Source: Endomicrobiales bacterium (lineage in GTDB: Bacteria; Elusimicrobiota; Endomicrobiia; Endomicrobiales; CAWCFT01). From it: a stretch of DNA of 64,000 nt. This document shows, one piece after another, positions 62,563-64,000 of this stretch. The notes under the pieces were generated by a model, which saw only the letters and a program-made list of their open reading frames with translations, searched no databases and was not told the origin of the DNA. The stretch lies in NCBI GenBank assembly GCA_963794945.1, contig CAWCFT010000002.1, positions 117,581 to 181,580 of the forward strand. Reading direction: 5' to 3'. Positions within the stretch are counted from its first letter, which is position 1. Each line of letters opens with the position of its first letter. Made by a program: the position numbers and the translations under genes.

Positions 62563-64000
62563 AAATGTCACCTTTTAAATTAAGTAGAAATGTCATGGTG
62601 TCTTTGACAGTAGCGGAATCGTTGATAGTTGTTTAGCAGAGAATACCTGATGCCTCCAAGGATGATTTTTTGATGGGAAATAAGGTTTGGATGTTGAATT
62701 AGAGCCTTTTAGGAGTCTTTTGTTGGCGGTGTAAAAGGGTTTGTAGGGTCTTTGAGGCAAAGGTTTGAAGTTGAGGAATTGGTCTTTAAATTTAAGGTGC
62801 ATAGAGCCGTCGAGCCTTGCCTGGACGATTATTTTGTCTTTAGGGCGAATACGTACTTTTTGCTCTGCGAGGATTTGCAGGTAAAGATTTTGAAAGCGGA
62901 CGGTAAAGTCATTAGCGAGAATTCTTTCAGTTTGAAGGGATAGAATTTCGTCGAGTTTGTGGGAACGAAGCAGAGGCTTGTGAGCGTTTAGTTTGCGCTT
63001 GGGTGAAACAGCGAAACGGGCATTATGTTTGGGGATGTAGATTTTGCGCAGGAAGATGTTGCCTGATTTCATGTCTGAAATGTTTGCCAGGCGAAGCTCT
63101 TTGACTAAGCGGTCTTGATGAGTATCAAAAGAGCGTTCGACCCTGCCTTTAGCCTGTGGCGACTGAGCAAAGATGATTTCAATGCCTAGTTCGCCCATAG
63201 CGCGAGAATACTGTGTCATGGCCTGTTCGTCCTTGAGCTGTTCTTCAATGGAAGCCTGGCGATTGATTTTGTAGATACCGTCTTTGTCGACATAAAGAGC
63301 GATAGGGCGTCCGTGATTAAGAAGATATTGTTTTGTAGTGGACATAAGGTTAAAAGTATTTTCTACAGAGACAAATTCAGCGTAAAGAATACGGCTTGTA
63401 GCGTCGTCAATGAAGATCACCAGGGCGCATCTTGGGCCTCGGCCTTCGAACCAGTCGTGATCAGAACCGTCAAGCTGAACCAATTCACCCACACAGGGCC
63501 TGCGTTCGCGCCATTGGCGGTGTTTTGTGGCCTGTCTGCGTGGATGCCAAACGTGGGACTTAATCATTGCGGTACGTAGCGAAGAAGTGGAGATATTAAT
63601 TCCATGAAGTTCCAGTAACTTTTCGTTGGCAAACGACGGGCCGAAGTCGGCGTAACGAGTTTTAACTAAATTTATTGATGTATCTATGACTGCCTGCGTC
63701 AGTTTGTTATTCGACGGTTTGCCACGCAGGCGATGAATGATGCCTTTGTTGCCTTCGGCGTTTATGCGCACAAGTAATCGGCCTATGTGCCGTTTTGACA
63801 GGTCAAGCTGGCCGGCAGCCTGTTCCCAGGTAAGTTGCTTTTTCATAATAGAATGAATCACTTTTAAACGGTCAATTTCACGGTTGCTCATGGTTAGTCG
63901 GACCTCCATTGGATGCCTCCAGTTTATTTGCACAGGAGGTCATTATACACAACCATGACATTTCTACTTAACGCAATGGTGACATTTTAACTTAATTTCG
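62547..64000 (-). mobile_element. ISNCY (IS1202-like) insertion sequence, far end beyond the window
   Basis: Begins TGT at 62547; aagtagaaatgtca at 62557-62570 and 62582-62595, inverted copies at 63956-63969 and ~63979-63993. Confidence 0.85.
62593..63909 (-). CDS. ISNCY-family DDE transposase
   Basis: GELVQLDGSDHDWFE; FIDDATS; LYVDK; SPQAKGRVERSFDTHQDRLVKEL; GGAGG RBS before ATG 63909. Confidence 0.95.
   Translation of the reverse strand: MEVRLTMSNREIDRLKVIHSIMKKQLTWEQAAGQLDLSKRHIGRLLVRINAEGNKGIIHRLRGKPSNNKLTQAVIDTSINLVKTRYADFGPSFANEKLLELHGINISTSSLRTAMIKSHVWHPRRQATKHRQWRERRPCVGELVQLDGSDHDWFEGRGPRCALVIFIDDATSRILYAEFVSVENTFNLMSTTKQYLLNHGRPIALYVDKDGIYKINRQASIEEQLKDEQAMTQYSRAMGELGIEIIFAQSPQAKGRVERSFDTHQDRLVKELRLANISDMKSGNIFLRKIYIPKHNARFAVSPKRKLNAHKPLLRSHKLDEILSLQTERILANDFTVRFQNLYLQILAEQKVRIRPKDKIIVQARLDGSMHLKFKDQFLNFKPLPQRPYKPFYTANKRLLKGSNSTSKPYFPSKNHPWRHQVFSAKQLSTIPLLSKTP

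Noticed and set aside
1..64000. CRISPR array, tRNA, rRNA or consensus parS site
   Set aside because: No regularly spaced direct repeats, cloverleafs, rRNA-like sequence or TGTTTCACGTGAAACA seen by eye.

Overview
A 64-kb chromosomal window from a diderm bacterium. The gene style is reminiscent of Elusimicrobiota, but that is a guess. Housekeeping and metabolic blocks: an envelope lipoprotein cluster (DUF2334-like deacetylase, SmpA-like lipoprotein, two Pal paralogues, OmpA/MotB, TspO), a CLC channel, a CheB-CheR-PAS-histidine kinase fusion, lpdA-gcvT-gcvH-gcvPA-gcvPB, a FecR/beta-barrel/sugar ABC/MFS/GGDEF locus, nadE, radC, an LD-carboxypeptidase with spmAB, a cold-shock gene, nspC with carboxynorspermidine dehydrogenase, miaB, a lytic transglycosylase and mutS. 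Mobile DNA: an IS200-like element inside a TonB-dependent receptor gene, an ISNCY/IS1202-like element clipping the mutS 3' end, and several families of short palindromic or heptad repeats. About 20 genes are split by single-base frameshifts, most likely assembly errors. Most unusual: two unlinked orphan ParB-like genes (no parA) with long disordered tails that share in-frame palindromic repeats, each followed by accessory cargo bounded by a shared GTGTCAGGC-type motif family; a 28-bp inverted repeat pair around the cheBR-kinase gene; a leader-peptide (MKTMMWQ) attenuator-like element ahead of a B12 radical SAM gene; a candidate 6S-like RNA; and a signal-less sugar-binding protein paired with a soluble diguanylate cyclase.
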